From Ignavibacteriota bacterium (GTDB lineage: Bacteria > Bacteroidota > Ignavibacteria > UBA10030 > UBA6906): DNA of 64,000 nucleotides. The stretch lies in contig CAWDEM010000008.1 in the NCBI GenBank assembly GCA_963801355.1, forward strand, positions 2,592,001 through 2,656,000, read 5' to 3'. The notes under the pieces are model-generated. The model searched no databases. It was not told the origin of the DNA and worked only from the letters and a program-made list of their open reading frames with translations. Positions 18,270 to 28,987 of this stretch are shown piece by piece. The position numbers were made by a program, and so were the translations under genes. Position 1 is the stretch's first letter; every line of letters begins with the position of its first letter.

Positions 18270-20198
18270 TTAAACACGGTGATTCTCATTCGCCCAACCG
18301 GCAATCACCTCGCGGTTGTCACTGCAGCAGATGTCTTTCCCTTCTGGGGTGAATAGTCTCTGAATGCAATGGTCGTAGCTTTTGACGATTTTGCCTCTCA
18401 CTATTTTGAGCGTGCTGTTGAGGAATTGATTCTGCTCGGTAAATCCTTCGGCAAGGACCCCAACGGCCGATGGAAGCCACCGCTCGGGAAAAAGGCCGGC
18501 ATACCGCCCTCCGTGGCGATATCCGTCTATCTCACGCTGAAGCTGCTTCAGTGCGGCACACTGTCCGTCCACTGTTGAGGGATCATACCGGTGGGCCCTC
18601 ATCCACGATAGTACAACCTCCTTGCTGGGGACAATCAGAGCGACGGTGTACGGCGATTGATTGTTGTAGAGCATCACCTGGTCTATGTATTGTGACTGGC
18701 TGGCGATGGCCTCTTCAATTCCTTCCGGGCTGTACTTTTCTCCGTCGCTCGCAATCAACAGACTCTTGGTCCTGCCCAGCACGTACAGGAACCCGTCCCC
18801 GTCAAGATAACCCAGATCGCCCGTGTACAACCACCCGTTGCGAATAACTTCTTCTGTCGCCTTTTCGTTCCTCCAGTACCCCGCCATGACATTCCCGCCG
18901 CGGACGACAATCTCCCCCTGCCTGCCCGCGGGAAGCGCTGAGCCGTCCTCCGCACAGATCTTGATTTCCAGGGAAGCAACAACCTTTCCGGAAGAGCCCA
19001 ATTTGTGTCCGGCCATTACATTGGCCGAAATGACCGGTGCGGCTTCAGACAACCCGTATCCTTGCAGCATGGGAATCCCGATGGCATAGAAGAACCGCTG
19101 GAGTTCGATGTCGAGCAGTGCTCCTCCCCCGACAATGAATTCCAGCCGCCCCCCGAAGTTCTGGCGGATTTTGGAAAAGAGGATTGCGTCAAACAGTGCA
19201 ACGAGAGGCTTGAGGAACATCCGGAACCCCTTCCCCCGTCGCCAGCCGTCAGCGTTGAACAGATATCCCGTCTTCAGGCCTGCCTTGAACAACATCTGTG
19301 CGAGCTTTCCTTTCTTTAGAATTGCCCCCTCGATGCCTTTACGGAAATTCCTCGCGAGTGCCGGCACGCTCAGGAGAAATGTGGGGCGTGTCTCACGGAT
19401 ATTGAGGGGTATATTCTTCAGAGTTTCTATCGGTGTCTTGCCGACCTGCACGGACGCCATCGATGCGCCGTTTCGCATCAGCGTGTAGATCCCCGCAGTG
19501 TGGGCAAAACAGTGGTCCCAGGGAAGTATCAACAGCGAACAGTACCACTCGGGAACCGGCAGCAGACCCGAAGACTGTTCCACGTTGGTGATGTAATTCA
19601 GGTGCGTCAGCACCACGCCCTTGGGATCGGCGGTTGTTCCGGACGTGTAGGAGATTGTTGCGGGATCGTTTCCGAGTACGGAGGCAACGCGCTTCTCCAG
19701 TTGACCTTCGTGCGTGCTCAGGAACTCCCGTCCGGCACGGGTAACGTCGGCTGCTGAAACCTCGCCCGGTCCGTATTGATCCATCGGATCCAGCATGATC
19801 ACTGTCTCCAACGCGGGAAGCGACTGCCGCAGCTGCCTGACCTTCGCCGCCTGGGTCCCGGAAACGATAGCCATCCGGCATTCCGCGTGAGCGAGGCGAA
19901 ACTGCAGGTCAGCCCCCTCCTGAAGCTTCACCGACAGCGGTACATTGATCGCGGCGGCGTAGAACATACCCAGCTCCGCGATGACCCAATCATTTCTCCC
20001 CTCGGCGATCAGCGCTATGCGATCCCCCTTCCGGATGCCCAGACTGACCAGGCCTGCTCCAAATGCCCGGACGCTTTCCTTCGCCTGCGCGTAGGTCATC
20101 GCTTCGAAGCGATGCCCTCGTTTCTCCAGCAAGAAAGAATTATTGGCAAACCGTTCGACACTGGCCTCGAAGAGGGCGGGCAGCGTGGTTGGAGACAT
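18270..20198 (-). CDS. Long-chain fatty-acid--CoA ligase (AMP-forming)
   Basis: YTSGTTADPKG, GYGLSE, GWLYTGDLG, GRTK. Confidence 0.9.
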   Translation of the reverse strand: MSPTTLPALFEASVERFANNSFLLEKRGHRFEAMTYAQAKESVRAFGAGLVSLGIRKGDRIALIAEGRNDWVIAELGMFYAAAINVPLSVKLQEGADLQFRLAHAECRMAIVSGTQAAKVRQLRQSLPALETVIMLDPMDQYGPGEVSAADVTRAGREFLSTHEGQLEKRVASVLGNDPATISYTSGTTADPKGVVLTHLNYITNVEQSSGLLPVPEWYCSLLILPWDHCFAHTAGIYTLMRNGASMASVQVGKTPIETLKNIPLNIRETRPTFLLSVPALARNFRKGIEGAILKKGKLAQMLFKAGLKTGYLFNADGWRRGKGFRMFLKPLVALFDAILFSKIRQNFGGRLEFIVGGGALLDIELQRFFYAIGIPMLQGYGLSEAAPVISANVMAGHKLGSSGKVVASLEIKICAEDGSALPAGRQGEIVVRGGNVMAGYWRNEKATEEVIRNGWLYTGDLGYLDGDGFLYVLGRTKSLLIASDGEKYSPEGIEEAIASQSQYIDQVMLYNNQSPYTVALIVPSKEVVLSWMRAHRYDPSTVDGQCAALKQLQREIDGYRHGGRYAGLFPERWLPSAVGVLAEGFTEQNQFLNSTLKIVRGKIVKSYDHCIQRLFTPEGKDICCSDNREVIAGWANENHRV

Positions 20199-20282
20199 TG
20201 GGATCCGTGAGAGGCAAAGTTGGGCGGCGCGTAACTGTGATTTGCTGGTGCAAGATACGGCAGGGCAATGCGGAAAGTCAAA

Positions 20283-21053
20283 TTACGGCCGGGATGCCAT
20301 CACCACCAGGTCCTTCGATCGCGTGGCATCGTAGGGATCCATCGAAATCCCGCCGAACATCCGGATTTCATCGAAGCCCGCGGTCCGGAGCGCTTCCTCA
20401 AATTCGGTCTCCAGCAGCGGATACAGATCTGCACTTACCACATCCGGCGGGATGCGGCCGGTGATATCTTCCCGCGTGATCGTGAAACGGATGAGTTTTT
20501 GCCCGTACTCATAGCGGCGTGTGAAGCGATATCCGTCCGCCTCGGTCGTACCGATGATCTGGTCCCTGGAGACAAGTATTTTGCGGTAGTTCAGGATCTG
20601 CGCGAACATGATACCTCCCTGACGTAGCACCTGCCGGAAGCCTGTCAGCACCGAAACCAGAGCCCCGGGAGAAAGGAAATGCGCGAGCGTATTACCGAGC
20701 GTGAATACGCCATCGAACCGGGAAGCCAGACGAGCGGGGAGTTCTGCCAGGTCAGAAGCCACGGTTGTCACTTCCAGCCCCATGTCTTTTGCATGACGCG
20801 CGAGAATCTCAAGCATGCGCGGGCTGAGGTCCACCGCCGTGACCTTCACCCCGAGCTGGGCCAGCAACAACGAATGGAATCCTGTTCCTGCGCCTGCGTC
20901 CACGGCTGTGCGGATGCCGTGATTCTCCACCAGCAACTTGAAGAAGGGTCGTTCTTTTACGAATCGCCCCTCGAATCCCGTCATGGAATCGTACCCGCCG
21001 GCAAGACGGTCATAGAACCGATCGATATCTTCCGATTGCGGGTGATCAGTCAT
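20283..21053 (-). CDS. Class I SAM-dependent methyltransferase
   Basis: VDAGAGTG motif I, VDLS, LGNTLAH; start overlaps upstream stop (ATGACTGA). Confidence 0.85.
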   Translation of the reverse strand: MTDHPQSEDIDRFYDRLAGGYDSMTGFEGRFVKERPFFKLLVENHGIRTAVDAGAGTGFHSLLLAQLGVKVTAVDLSPRMLEILARHAKDMGLEVTTVASDLAELPARLASRFDGVFTLGNTLAHFLSPGALVSVLTGFRQVLRQGGIMFAQILNYRKILVSRDQIIGTTEADGYRFTRRYEYGQKLIRFTITREDITGRIPPDVVSADLYPLLETEFEEALRTAGFDEIRMFGGISMDPYDATRSKDLVVMASRP

Positions 21054-22167
21054 GCGGTCCATAGGCGGGTACCTCTCCGCGAAAATGTTGGTACAACGGC
21101 GAATGCAGCTCGTGAAACCTCCGTTGGTACTCTTCCCGTGATATACCGTTGTGCCAGAAGCCCGAGAGCATCGCCAGACCGGTAACCGCCACGAACACTC
21201 CCGCGACCAACGTGCCGTACACCCATGTGGGGATCGCTCTCGCATGCGGGCCGGCGCGAACATGAAGTGTATCCTTGACCGGACAGACCTCCACACACGC
21301 CATGCAGCTCATACATTCATCGCTCATCACGCGCGTGGTGTTGTGTACGTTGATGCCGGATGGGCACGCCCTGGTGCAGAGCTCACAGTCAACACATGTT
21401 GCTTTGTTGCGTGTGATTTTCAACGGGCTCAGAAAACTTGTGATCCCGAGCAGGGCGCCGTACGGGCAGAGATATCGACACCAGAAGTTCTTGACCACTA
21501 CAGAGAGAAGCATGAGTATAAGAATCGTGAGTAGTGCGACCCCGGAGACCTCGGTGAAGAAGAGGTACATCTTCACGTCAGCCATCTTGTTGTACGGACT
21601 GTAGATGAAACCCTTCAGCGCTTCGGCGTCCATGCCGGCGATCGACCAGACGAAGAATGCCATCAGGAAGTACTTCAGGGAACGCAACGGATAGTCCAGC
21701 CATCGCGGAACAGTCAGATTCCGGCCGAAGATCTTCTTGCCGAGCATCCAGAGGGCTTCACTCAAGGTCCCCACCGGACAGAGCCAGCTGCAAAACGCCT
21801 TCTTCAGCAGGAAGCTGACGAGTACAATTGCAAGCAAGATGAACAAGCCGGAAGGATGAATGCTGTTGACAATGCCGGTCTGGAGCCAGTAACTCAGGCT
21901 GATGAGCGCGCTGATGGGGAGAAACCCCTCGACTCCCGGGGGACGTGCTACAAAGGGGGTCTGGCCACCTGATTCGCCCCACTCCACAAAAAAGTGGAAT
22001 TCCACGCCCATCCAGATGCACAGCAGAACAAACGCGAGTTGCACGGCGGAGCGTTGATACTGCGAATCTTCCTTGAGCCGCCAGAGGGCACGCTTGAACA
22101 GGCGGGGTTCCGACCCGTACTGTATTCTCCGGCGACGCATCTCGGCCGGTATCTTCTTCACGCGCAC
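21046..22167 (-). CDS. YccM-like membrane 4Fe-4S binding protein
   Basis: PPGVEGFLPI, AFCSWLCPVG, FWCRYLCPYG, two CxxCxxCxxxCP; GTG start after AAGGAG. Confidence 0.85.
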   Translation of the reverse strand: MRVKKIPAEMRRRRIQYGSEPRLFKRALWRLKEDSQYQRSAVQLAFVLLCIWMGVEFHFFVEWGESGGQTPFVARPPGVEGFLPISALISLSYWLQTGIVNSIHPSGLFILLAIVLVSFLLKKAFCSWLCPVGTLSEALWMLGKKIFGRNLTVPRWLDYPLRSLKYFLMAFFVWSIAGMDAEALKGFIYSPYNKMADVKMYLFFTEVSGVALLTILILMLLSVVVKNFWCRYLCPYGALLGITSFLSPLKITRNKATCVDCELCTRACPSGINVHNTTRVMSDECMSCMACVEVCPVKDTLHVRAGPHARAIPTWVYGTLVAGVFVAVTGLAMLSGFWHNGISREEYQRRFHELHSPLYQHFRGEVPAYGPHD

Positions 22168-22186
22168 AGTACAATCTCTCCTTCTC

Positions 22187-22636
22187 TTATCGTCGCGCTC
22201 CGGTAGCGCTACGGTATCCCGGTTTATGCATGCCGCGGGCCATCTCTTCGATACTTTCGGTGACGAGCATCGCATAGATGCCGTTCCGCAGAACCTCCCA
22301 CTGCGCGTGTACTGCGCAGGGATGTTTGCCCGAGCATTCCGGAAAACCCATGACACACGTACGCGTGAAATCCGCCCCGTCGATTGCGTCCACTATGTGA
22401 AAGAGCGTGATCTCTGAGGCCGGCATGGCAAGAGCAAACCCGCCGTGCGGCCCCTTCACCGAAACCAGCAGTCCCTTTCGTGTGAGCTCCTGCATGATCT
22501 TTCCCAGAAAATGATAGGGAATCCCCAATTCTCTGGTCATGTCTTTGATCGACACCCGCACGCCACCCTTTTTCTGTGCCAGGTACAGCACAGCCTGAAG
22601 GGCATATTCGCATTGTCTGGAAAACAGGAGGCTCAT
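22187..22636 (-). CDS. Rrf2 family Fe-S transcriptional regulator
   Basis: EYALQA, SVKGPHGGF wHTH, C-x6-C-x5-C (CVMGFPECSGKHPC); start MSLLFSRQ. Confidence 0.92.
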   Translation of the reverse strand: MSLLFSRQCEYALQAVLYLAQKKGGVRVSIKDMTRELGIPYHFLGKIMQELTRKGLLVSVKGPHGGFALAMPASEITLFHIVDAIDGADFTRTCVMGFPECSGKHPCAVHAQWEVLRNGIYAMLVTESIEEMARGMHKPGYRSATGARR

Positions 22637-22638
22637 TT

Positions 22639-22689
22639 TATATTCAGAGTATTTAGTCTGAATATACAGCACAGGAGACTCAAAGTCAA
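22639..22689 (-). promoter_or_regulatory. Rrf2 operon promoter with overlapping palindromic operator
   Basis: TTGACT-17nt-TATATT; perfect inverted repeat TATATTCAGA-N8-TCTGAATATA at 22639-22666. Confidence 0.8.
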
Positions 22690-22695
22690 CAAGAA

Positions 22696-22732
22696 TTCGC
22701 AGGACCGCCCGGTTCGCAGGACCGCCCGGTTC
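22696..22732. repeat. 17-nt perfect tandem duplication
   Basis: TTCGCAGGACCGCCCGG twice, plus TTC. Confidence 0.8.
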
Positions 22733-22943
22733 CGGAGGCAAAAAGGCAAGGCCACGCATGCACTCCCCACCTTCGTGCACCGTGGCCCCGCATTGCAGGC
22801 CGTCGCGTTGCGCCGCTCGGCCGCCGCTCTTTACCCCAGGGTTTCTGTCATCGACGCCGCCGTTCCGCCGGCACGCCGAGCACCGCCCGGTTTGTGCTGT
22901 ACCATGTGACCATCACAAGGGTTCTTCTGAACAAGAGGATGCG

Positions 22944-22983
22944 ACTGACTGTTTTCCTGTTTCACTGACTGCTTTCCTGTCTC
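22944..22983. repeat. 20-nt imperfect tandem duplication
   Basis: ACTGACTGTTTTCCTGTTTC / ACTGACTGCTTTCCTGTCTC. Confidence 0.7.
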
Positions 22984-23139
22984 ATGGTGGGAACAATATA
23001 TACCATCACTATGTCCGGAGAGGATCATCAGGTGATCCTAATCCACGTTGGAATTCGTCGATTTTCAGAGTATCTTGCAGTATCCGTATCCCGTTCGCCA
23101 CCCCGCGGTTTTCCCTTCACACTTCTTTGGAACCGCAAT

Positions 23140-26100
23140 ATGAATACCCGGAATTCGTGCCGGCTCCTGCTTGTGGCTGCGGCCACGCTCGTGATCTCCA
23201 TCCAGGCTCTTGCACAGCCCGGACTTGTTTCCCGGCGCGCTGTTGCACCCGGCGTAGTCCACAAACAATTCCTCCTGGCGGGACCCAATACCCTGGACGT
23301 GCTCGAAGTCACGCTTGCCGACCCCTTCATTACACTGGAATCGTACCGCCCCGACGGTCTCGTGAGAACGACGGCACAGGCGTCTGCTATCGATCGTCTC
23401 GGACATCGTGTGATCGGCTCCGTCAATGCCGACTTCTTCTCCTTCGAGACAGGCTGGCCGGTCGGTAACCAGGTTGTGAACGGTGTTATAGCACTCGGCG
23501 TAAGTTCATCACGTTCACATCTTGCCATCGGTGCGGACAGACAGCCGTATATCGACCGTCTGGCATTCCGGGGCACCGTCTGGTCACGGGGTGGCACATC
23601 GTACACGATATCGCAGGTGAACAACGATCGTGCGGCATCAACCCTTGCATTCTTCACAACCTTCCGTGGCGCCACCACACGCACCGATGCCTCCGGTACT
23701 GAATGTGCCGTCGAGTTCCTTGATCCGCCGCGTGCCGGTGACACGCTCCGGGCACGCATCATCGCCCTCGGCACAGGCAACATGGTAATCCCACCTTCGG
23801 GTGGAATCCTCTCGGCAGGTTCCGGTGCGCCCGCCGAATTCATCTCCGCGAATTTGCAGATCGGTGACACGGTCCACATCTTCCTGGGATTCAACCGGCC
23901 GTTGCACTCGATTGTCCAGACACTCGGAGGGGCCGGCCGGTTTCTGGCAGGCGGACGGAACGTCACGGACAGCATGTCAACTCTCGAAGGTATCGGCACG
24001 AGTTTTACGGGTGCGCGGCATCCCCGGACCTTTGTGGGGTTCAACGCGGACACATCACTCCTCTACCTCTGCACGGTCGACGGCCGCCAGACATCAAGTA
24101 TCGGCATGACCTTTGCCGAGATGGCGAGCTTCATGGTCTCCATCGGTGCATCCGAGGCATTCAATTTCGACGGCGGCGGGTCCACCACGATGGCCGTCCG
24201 CGGTGAGATCGTCAACTCACCTTCCGATCCCGCCGGTGAGCGCAGCGTCGCCAATTCACTCCACGTGATATGCACCGCGCCTCTCGGGACACTCCATGCC
24301 CTTTCCGTGCTTCCCGGACGTTCAGAGGTCTTCCAGGGAGGTACGCTGCAGTTCACAGCCACCGGCACCGATGAGTTCTATAACCCCATCGACATCCCGG
24401 CCGATGCCGTCTGGGAGGCGGATCCTGTCATTGGGACCATCACGTCTTCAGGCCTCTTTACCGCATCGAAAACCAACGACAGCGGCTGGGTGAAATTGCG
24501 TTGGCAGGGAGTAGCCGATTCCGTCCGCGTGGTCGTTCATCTGCTCAAGTTCATAACGGTCTACCCGTCCGCTCTCGTCATGGTGCCCGGTGAACGGGTG
24601 ACCCTGCTCGTGCGGGCAGAAGACAGTGCCGGCCGGAAGGTGACTCTTGACAATCACCAGGTGACGTTCGCGTCGCCAGCGGCGGCGATCAATGCGGATG
24701 CGCTGGGTCTCGTGACCGCGCGCGATTTTGGATCGGGTGCGCTTGGGGTGTCACTGGATACCATGCGCGCAGACGTGCCATTCAACTTCAGCGGCAACGA
24801 CACTGCGATCGTGGCGGACCCCATGCGATCGCTGTTCAACTGGGACACGACTCTTGTCAACCTCTCCGCAACCGGCGTGCAGGTTGAACTCACGTCCGAC
24901 CCTGTAGTGACGGCCCCTCCGGCACTCCGCATCGCCTATGCGATTCCCGACGTGCATGGGGAACTTCATTTGAAATGCAACATCCCCCTCTCCGGCCGCA
25001 TCGACAGCCTGTTCATCCGGGCCAACGGCAGCGGGAACGGCGATACGATACGATTCGTTGTCAGAGACAAAGACGGCGACCTCTTCCTCCTCACGACCGG
25101 GGGTGCGGTGACATGGTCCAACGAATGGCGTACGCCGGGTGTCACAACATCAAAGGCTGTTCCTTTCGGTGCACCGGCGATGGACTATCCCCTGAGCATC
25201 ACGCAAATTCGCATCGGCTTCGGACGGGCGTCCCTCGCCGGGGGTATGATCACGGGCACGCTGGTGCTTGATGATCTCGGTGCGCACTATCCCCTGCGGA
25301 CCGTGGCACCTCAGGTGCTGTTTGACTTCGAAAGCGGCATCTCCGGCTGGTACACACCCCTTCAGGCAAATGCAGCCCAGGAAGTCGGCATTGATCGTAA
25401 CGCGTCGACACTCGTTGCTTCCGCCGAACAGGCGTATCAGGGGAGCTACTCGGGGAAGTGGACTTTCGTCGATGATGCCGCCAGCACGGCGGATTGGGAT
25501 GTGCGGATCACACGAAATACCACCGGCGACCTCGGGAACATGCTCCGCGGCAGTTATATCGGCGCATGGGTCTATGCCAGCGGTGAGACCTCCACGGAAC
25601 TCCAGACGGTCGTGCGCGGCGGAAACGGCCAGATCTGTGCGGGCCCGCGCTTCCCTGTCCACCACCATGGATGGAAACTGATCGGCACGAAGCTGGACGA
25701 GGGGCTCTTCTCTCCCTACCTCACATCTGGAGTGATCACCGACGCAGGCAACAAGTTCAACGGATTCCGCTTGTGCGGACCGAACAGCGTTCTGTCGGGA
25801 CAGACCCGTGTCTATTATATCGACAAACTTGTCACCAGCGCACTGACGGTCCCCACCGGATTCACGGGGTTCTCTGTGGAGTGGTCGGACCCGTTGGCAC
25901 GGTTGCACTGGACGGTGAATTCGGAAATCAGCATCGACCGGTACGCCATTGAACGCGGTGCAGGCGGAGTGTTTGTTGAGATCGGCTCGATGCAGGGAGG
26001 AGGCAACGTGGACACGACGGTGGAATATGAATACGTGGACACTCCCCCGGCGAACGCAAGCGTGGAGTACAGAATCCGACAAATTACCAACGACGGCGGC

Positions 26101-26451
26101 CAGGAGCTGTCCCGGTCAATCATCGTGAACACCGGAACCAGCTCGGTTGGCCCGGAGGGTGCAGTGCCAGTGCAATTTGAGCTGCTTCAGAATTTTCCAA
26201 ACCCCTTCAACCCGTCGACAACAATACCCTACGCCCTGCCGCGAGAAAGCCGGGTAACGCTGACGCTCTTCAATACCCTGGGCCAACGCGTCGGTGAGAT
26301 TGTGAACGGGATTCAGTCCGCCGGGTACCATAACACCGTGTGGCAACCGGCACTTGCTTCAGGTGTGTACTTCTATCGTCTGGAGGCGGCGGCGGTCGCG
26401 CAACCCGGCGACCGGTTTTCGCAGACCCGATCGCTCGTGCTGATCCGGTAG
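23140..26451 (+). CDS. Secreted phosphodiester glycosidase (NAGPA-family) multidomain protein with T9SS-type C-terminal domain
   Basis: Signal peptide; VNADFF, HPRTFVG, VDGRQ, NFDGGGST, ERSVAN; C-terminal LLQNFPNPFNPSTTI...ASGVYFYRL. Confidence 0.88.
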   Translation: MNTRNSCRLLLVAAATLVISIQALAQPGLVSRRAVAPGVVHKQFLLAGPNTLDVLEVTLADPFITLESYRPDGLVRTTAQASAIDRLGHRVIGSVNADFFSFETGWPVGNQVVNGVIALGVSSSRSHLAIGADRQPYIDRLAFRGTVWSRGGTSYTISQVNNDRAASTLAFFTTFRGATTRTDASGTECAVEFLDPPRAGDTLRARIIALGTGNMVIPPSGGILSAGSGAPAEFISANLQIGDTVHIFLGFNRPLHSIVQTLGGAGRFLAGGRNVTDSMSTLEGIGTSFTGARHPRTFVGFNADTSLLYLCTVDGRQTSSIGMTFAEMASFMVSIGASEAFNFDGGGSTTMAVRGEIVNSPSDPAGERSVANSLHVICTAPLGTLHALSVLPGRSEVFQGGTLQFTATGTDEFYNPIDIPADAVWEADPVIGTITSSGLFTASKTNDSGWVKLRWQGVADSVRVVVHLLKFITVYPSALVMVPGERVTLLVRAEDSAGRKVTLDNHQVTFASPAAAINADALGLVTARDFGSGALGVSLDTMRADVPFNFSGNDTAIVADPMRSLFNWDTTLVNLSATGVQVELTSDPVVTAPPALRIAYAIPDVHGELHLKCNIPLSGRIDSLFIRANGSGNGDTIRFVVRDKDGDLFLLTTGGAVTWSNEWRTPGVTTSKAVPFGAPAMDYPLSITQIRIGFGRASLAGGMITGTLVLDDLGAHYPLRTVAPQVLFDFESGISGWYTPLQANAAQEVGIDRNASTLVASAEQAYQGSYSGKWTFVDDAASTADWDVRITRNTTGDLGNMLRGSYIGAWVYASGETSTELQTVVRGGNGQICAGPRFPVHHHGWKLIGTKLDEGLFSPYLTSGVITDAGNKFNGFRLCGPNSVLSGQTRVYYIDKLVTSALTVPTGFTGFSVEWSDPLARLHWTVNSEISIDRYAIERGAGGVFVEIGSMQGGGNVDTTVEYEYVDTPPANASVEYRIRQITNDGGQELSRSIIVNTGTSSVGPEGAVPVQFELLQNFPNPFNPSTTIPYALPRESRVTLTLFNTLGQRVGEIVNGIQSAGYHNTVWQPALASGVYFYRLEAAAVAQPGDRFSQTRSLVLIR

Positions 26452-26496
26452 AAACAGAGGGGTGCGGTGACGCACCCACCTGGATACGCTTCCCGG

Positions 26497-28948
26497 CTAC
26501 GCACTCACCCGGATACGCCTTCTGATTGCATTCAACGGCAGGGCCGTGCGGAAGCGCACCCTGCGCACATCCCCCGCATCGCAATCAAAGTAGTTGTCTT
26601 CAAAATCCACATCTGCGCCGCGGACCTCCAGCACGACAGCCTTCGCGAACCGGCGGGCGGTTACAACCGCACTGTAGGTGCCGTCAGGCTCGGTGACCAC
26701 GCGGACCCGCAGCCCGGGGTCCGGCAACTTCATGTGTTTGGGTTCAGCAAAGAAAAGCCGGTTTTCTGCAACGAACGCCCCGTCGATCTCCAGGCGCCCG
26801 TACAGGTAGTGCGTCTGTGCCTCCAATCGTGTCAACCCGGAAATCGCAAGCACGGAAACCAGGCGGGAGGCATTTGCCGGAACCTGCACATGTTCCTGGA
26901 TGAGGGGATGGATGGATCCATGGAGATCCCGGAGTTGCACAATGAGTGTTCCGCCGACAGGCTCCGCTGTATCGTTCGTGAGCCAGGCCTCCACCCCGCC
27001 GCCGTTGTTTCTATATGACAGCAGCACCGGGGCGAAGAAGCGACGTGCCGCAAAGTATGCGGGTTTGGGGCGCAACCCGCTATCAATAACGGACCAGCTG
27101 GAGACGGGCCAGCAGTCGTTGAGCTGCCAGAAAAGCGCCCCTGCGGTATGGAACTTGCGTCTGCGCCAGTGCTCGACCGCACACTTCAACGCATCCGCCT
27201 GAACAAGCTGGCATCGCCGGATCCATTCCGCGAACGTTGCGGGCACGGGATAGTGGGCGGTGACAAAACGCATCAAGCGTTCCTGACCTTCCACCTGCTT
27301 GTTGTGGTGCTCTACCGCCGGATGCGACGGGGTGCATTCCGAGGGATGCAACGCCTCATGCCACGTGCGGAGCGTGGCCGGAGCCTGGAAGCCAAATTCG
27401 GTGACAAAGCGCGCCTGGTCGTGGCGGTATTCCGGATAGTCCTTCCAGCCGGCCCAGACTTCCCACTGGTGATGATTCCCGCTCCGTTGATCGTTCGGAA
27501 AGCCCTTGCCGAACGGGGAACTGCGCCAGTATGGACGCGTCCCATCCTCCCTGTGCACGACATCCGCAAGCAACGTCCGGAATATCGACGCGCCGTGCAT
27601 GTCGTCGGCTGTCTTTGTGGGATTCGCCGAGCAGAACTGCCACTCACACTCGTTGTTGCCGCACCAGAGGACGATGCAGGGATGATTTCGCAGGCGACGC
27701 ACCGCCTTTGTCGCCTCGTCCCGGACGCTCCGGAGAAACCAGCCCTGGTGGGGATACTCGCCGCAGGCAAACATGAAATCCTGCCAGACCATCAAACCCA
27801 GACGATCACATGTTGCATAGAACCTTTCATCTTCGTACACACCGCCCCCCCACACCCTGAGCATATTCATGTGAGCGTCCCGGGCCATCGTCAGAAGGCG
27901 CTCGTAAGTTTCTTCAGGGACACGCGGGAGGAAATTGTCGGAGGGGATCCAATCCGCACCCTTGCAGAAGATCTTCCTTCCGTTGATCTCCACGATGAAC
28001 GACTCTCCCTCCTGGTCGCGCCTTTGAACCAGCCTGACGTTCCGGATGCCAAACTGCACTTCCCGTTCATCCAGAACCTCTCCAGCGGGATTCAAGAGCG
28101 TAAACACCGCACTATAGAGCGGCTGCTCACCCTGTCCGTTAGGCCACCAGAGATGCGGGGATGGAACGAGGACGTGCAGGGTTGTGGAGGAACCACGGAC
28201 AGTGACTTCCCGTTCCACCTGCCAGCCATGACCGCCGACGAAGAGCCGGAGGAGAATATGGTGAGCGGTCGGCACGCACGAGCGATGTTGTGATTTCCAG
28301 CATCGCATCCCGGGCGGCGATGCTCTCCGTCCGGACCACGGGATTGTCAAGGCGGGCACCGCTCCATGCTTCGAGGCGGATGCCGCGCCAGATACCGGAT
28401 GTGGTCAGCTTCGGCCCCCAATCCCAGCCAAACGAGTATTGTGCTTTGCGTGCATAGACTCTGTGGGACTCAAGGGCCACATGTAACGCTCCGTGGCGCT
28501 GCTCCAGCGCGCGGGAACGGTCCACGGGCGAATCGAAGATGATCTCCAGCGTGTTCTTCCCCGGCTTCAGTACATGCTTGATGGGCAACCGGTGTTCGAC
28601 GAACATGTTCTCTGTTTTGCCGATAGTCTTGCCGTTGCAGCGGATCTCTGCATACGTGTCCAGACCCTCTGCAACCAGCTCCACGCTCCGTTCTTTCAGC
28701 AGCTGGCCGGGGACGGAGAACGTGCGCCGATAGACCCATTGCTGATTCTCAACCCACTGTACATCGGATTCCGCCATGCCCGTCGAGGGATCCGGGATGA
28801 GTCCGGCCGCAAGAAGATCCGTATGCACGGTGCCGGGGACGGATGCGGGCATCCATCGCAGGACCCGGCGGTGCGCGGCCGGGAGCCTCCGGTCTGCATC
28901 AAGTGCCCGAAGCGTCCAGACTCCGTTCAGATCCACCGTGTTCTTCAT
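26497..28948 (-). pseudogene. GH2 beta-mannosidase split by a +1 frameshift near 28255-28290 (pseudogene or assembly error)
   Basis: 5' ORF has VPGTVHTDL, GLDTYA, RKAQYSFGWDWGP; 3' ORF has KGADWIP, RVWGGG, WCGNNE, TEFGFQ, WQLNDCWP. Confidence 0.85.
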
Positions 28949-28987
28949 CGGTCACCTACGGAAATTATGGAATTGGTCATGTGCGAT

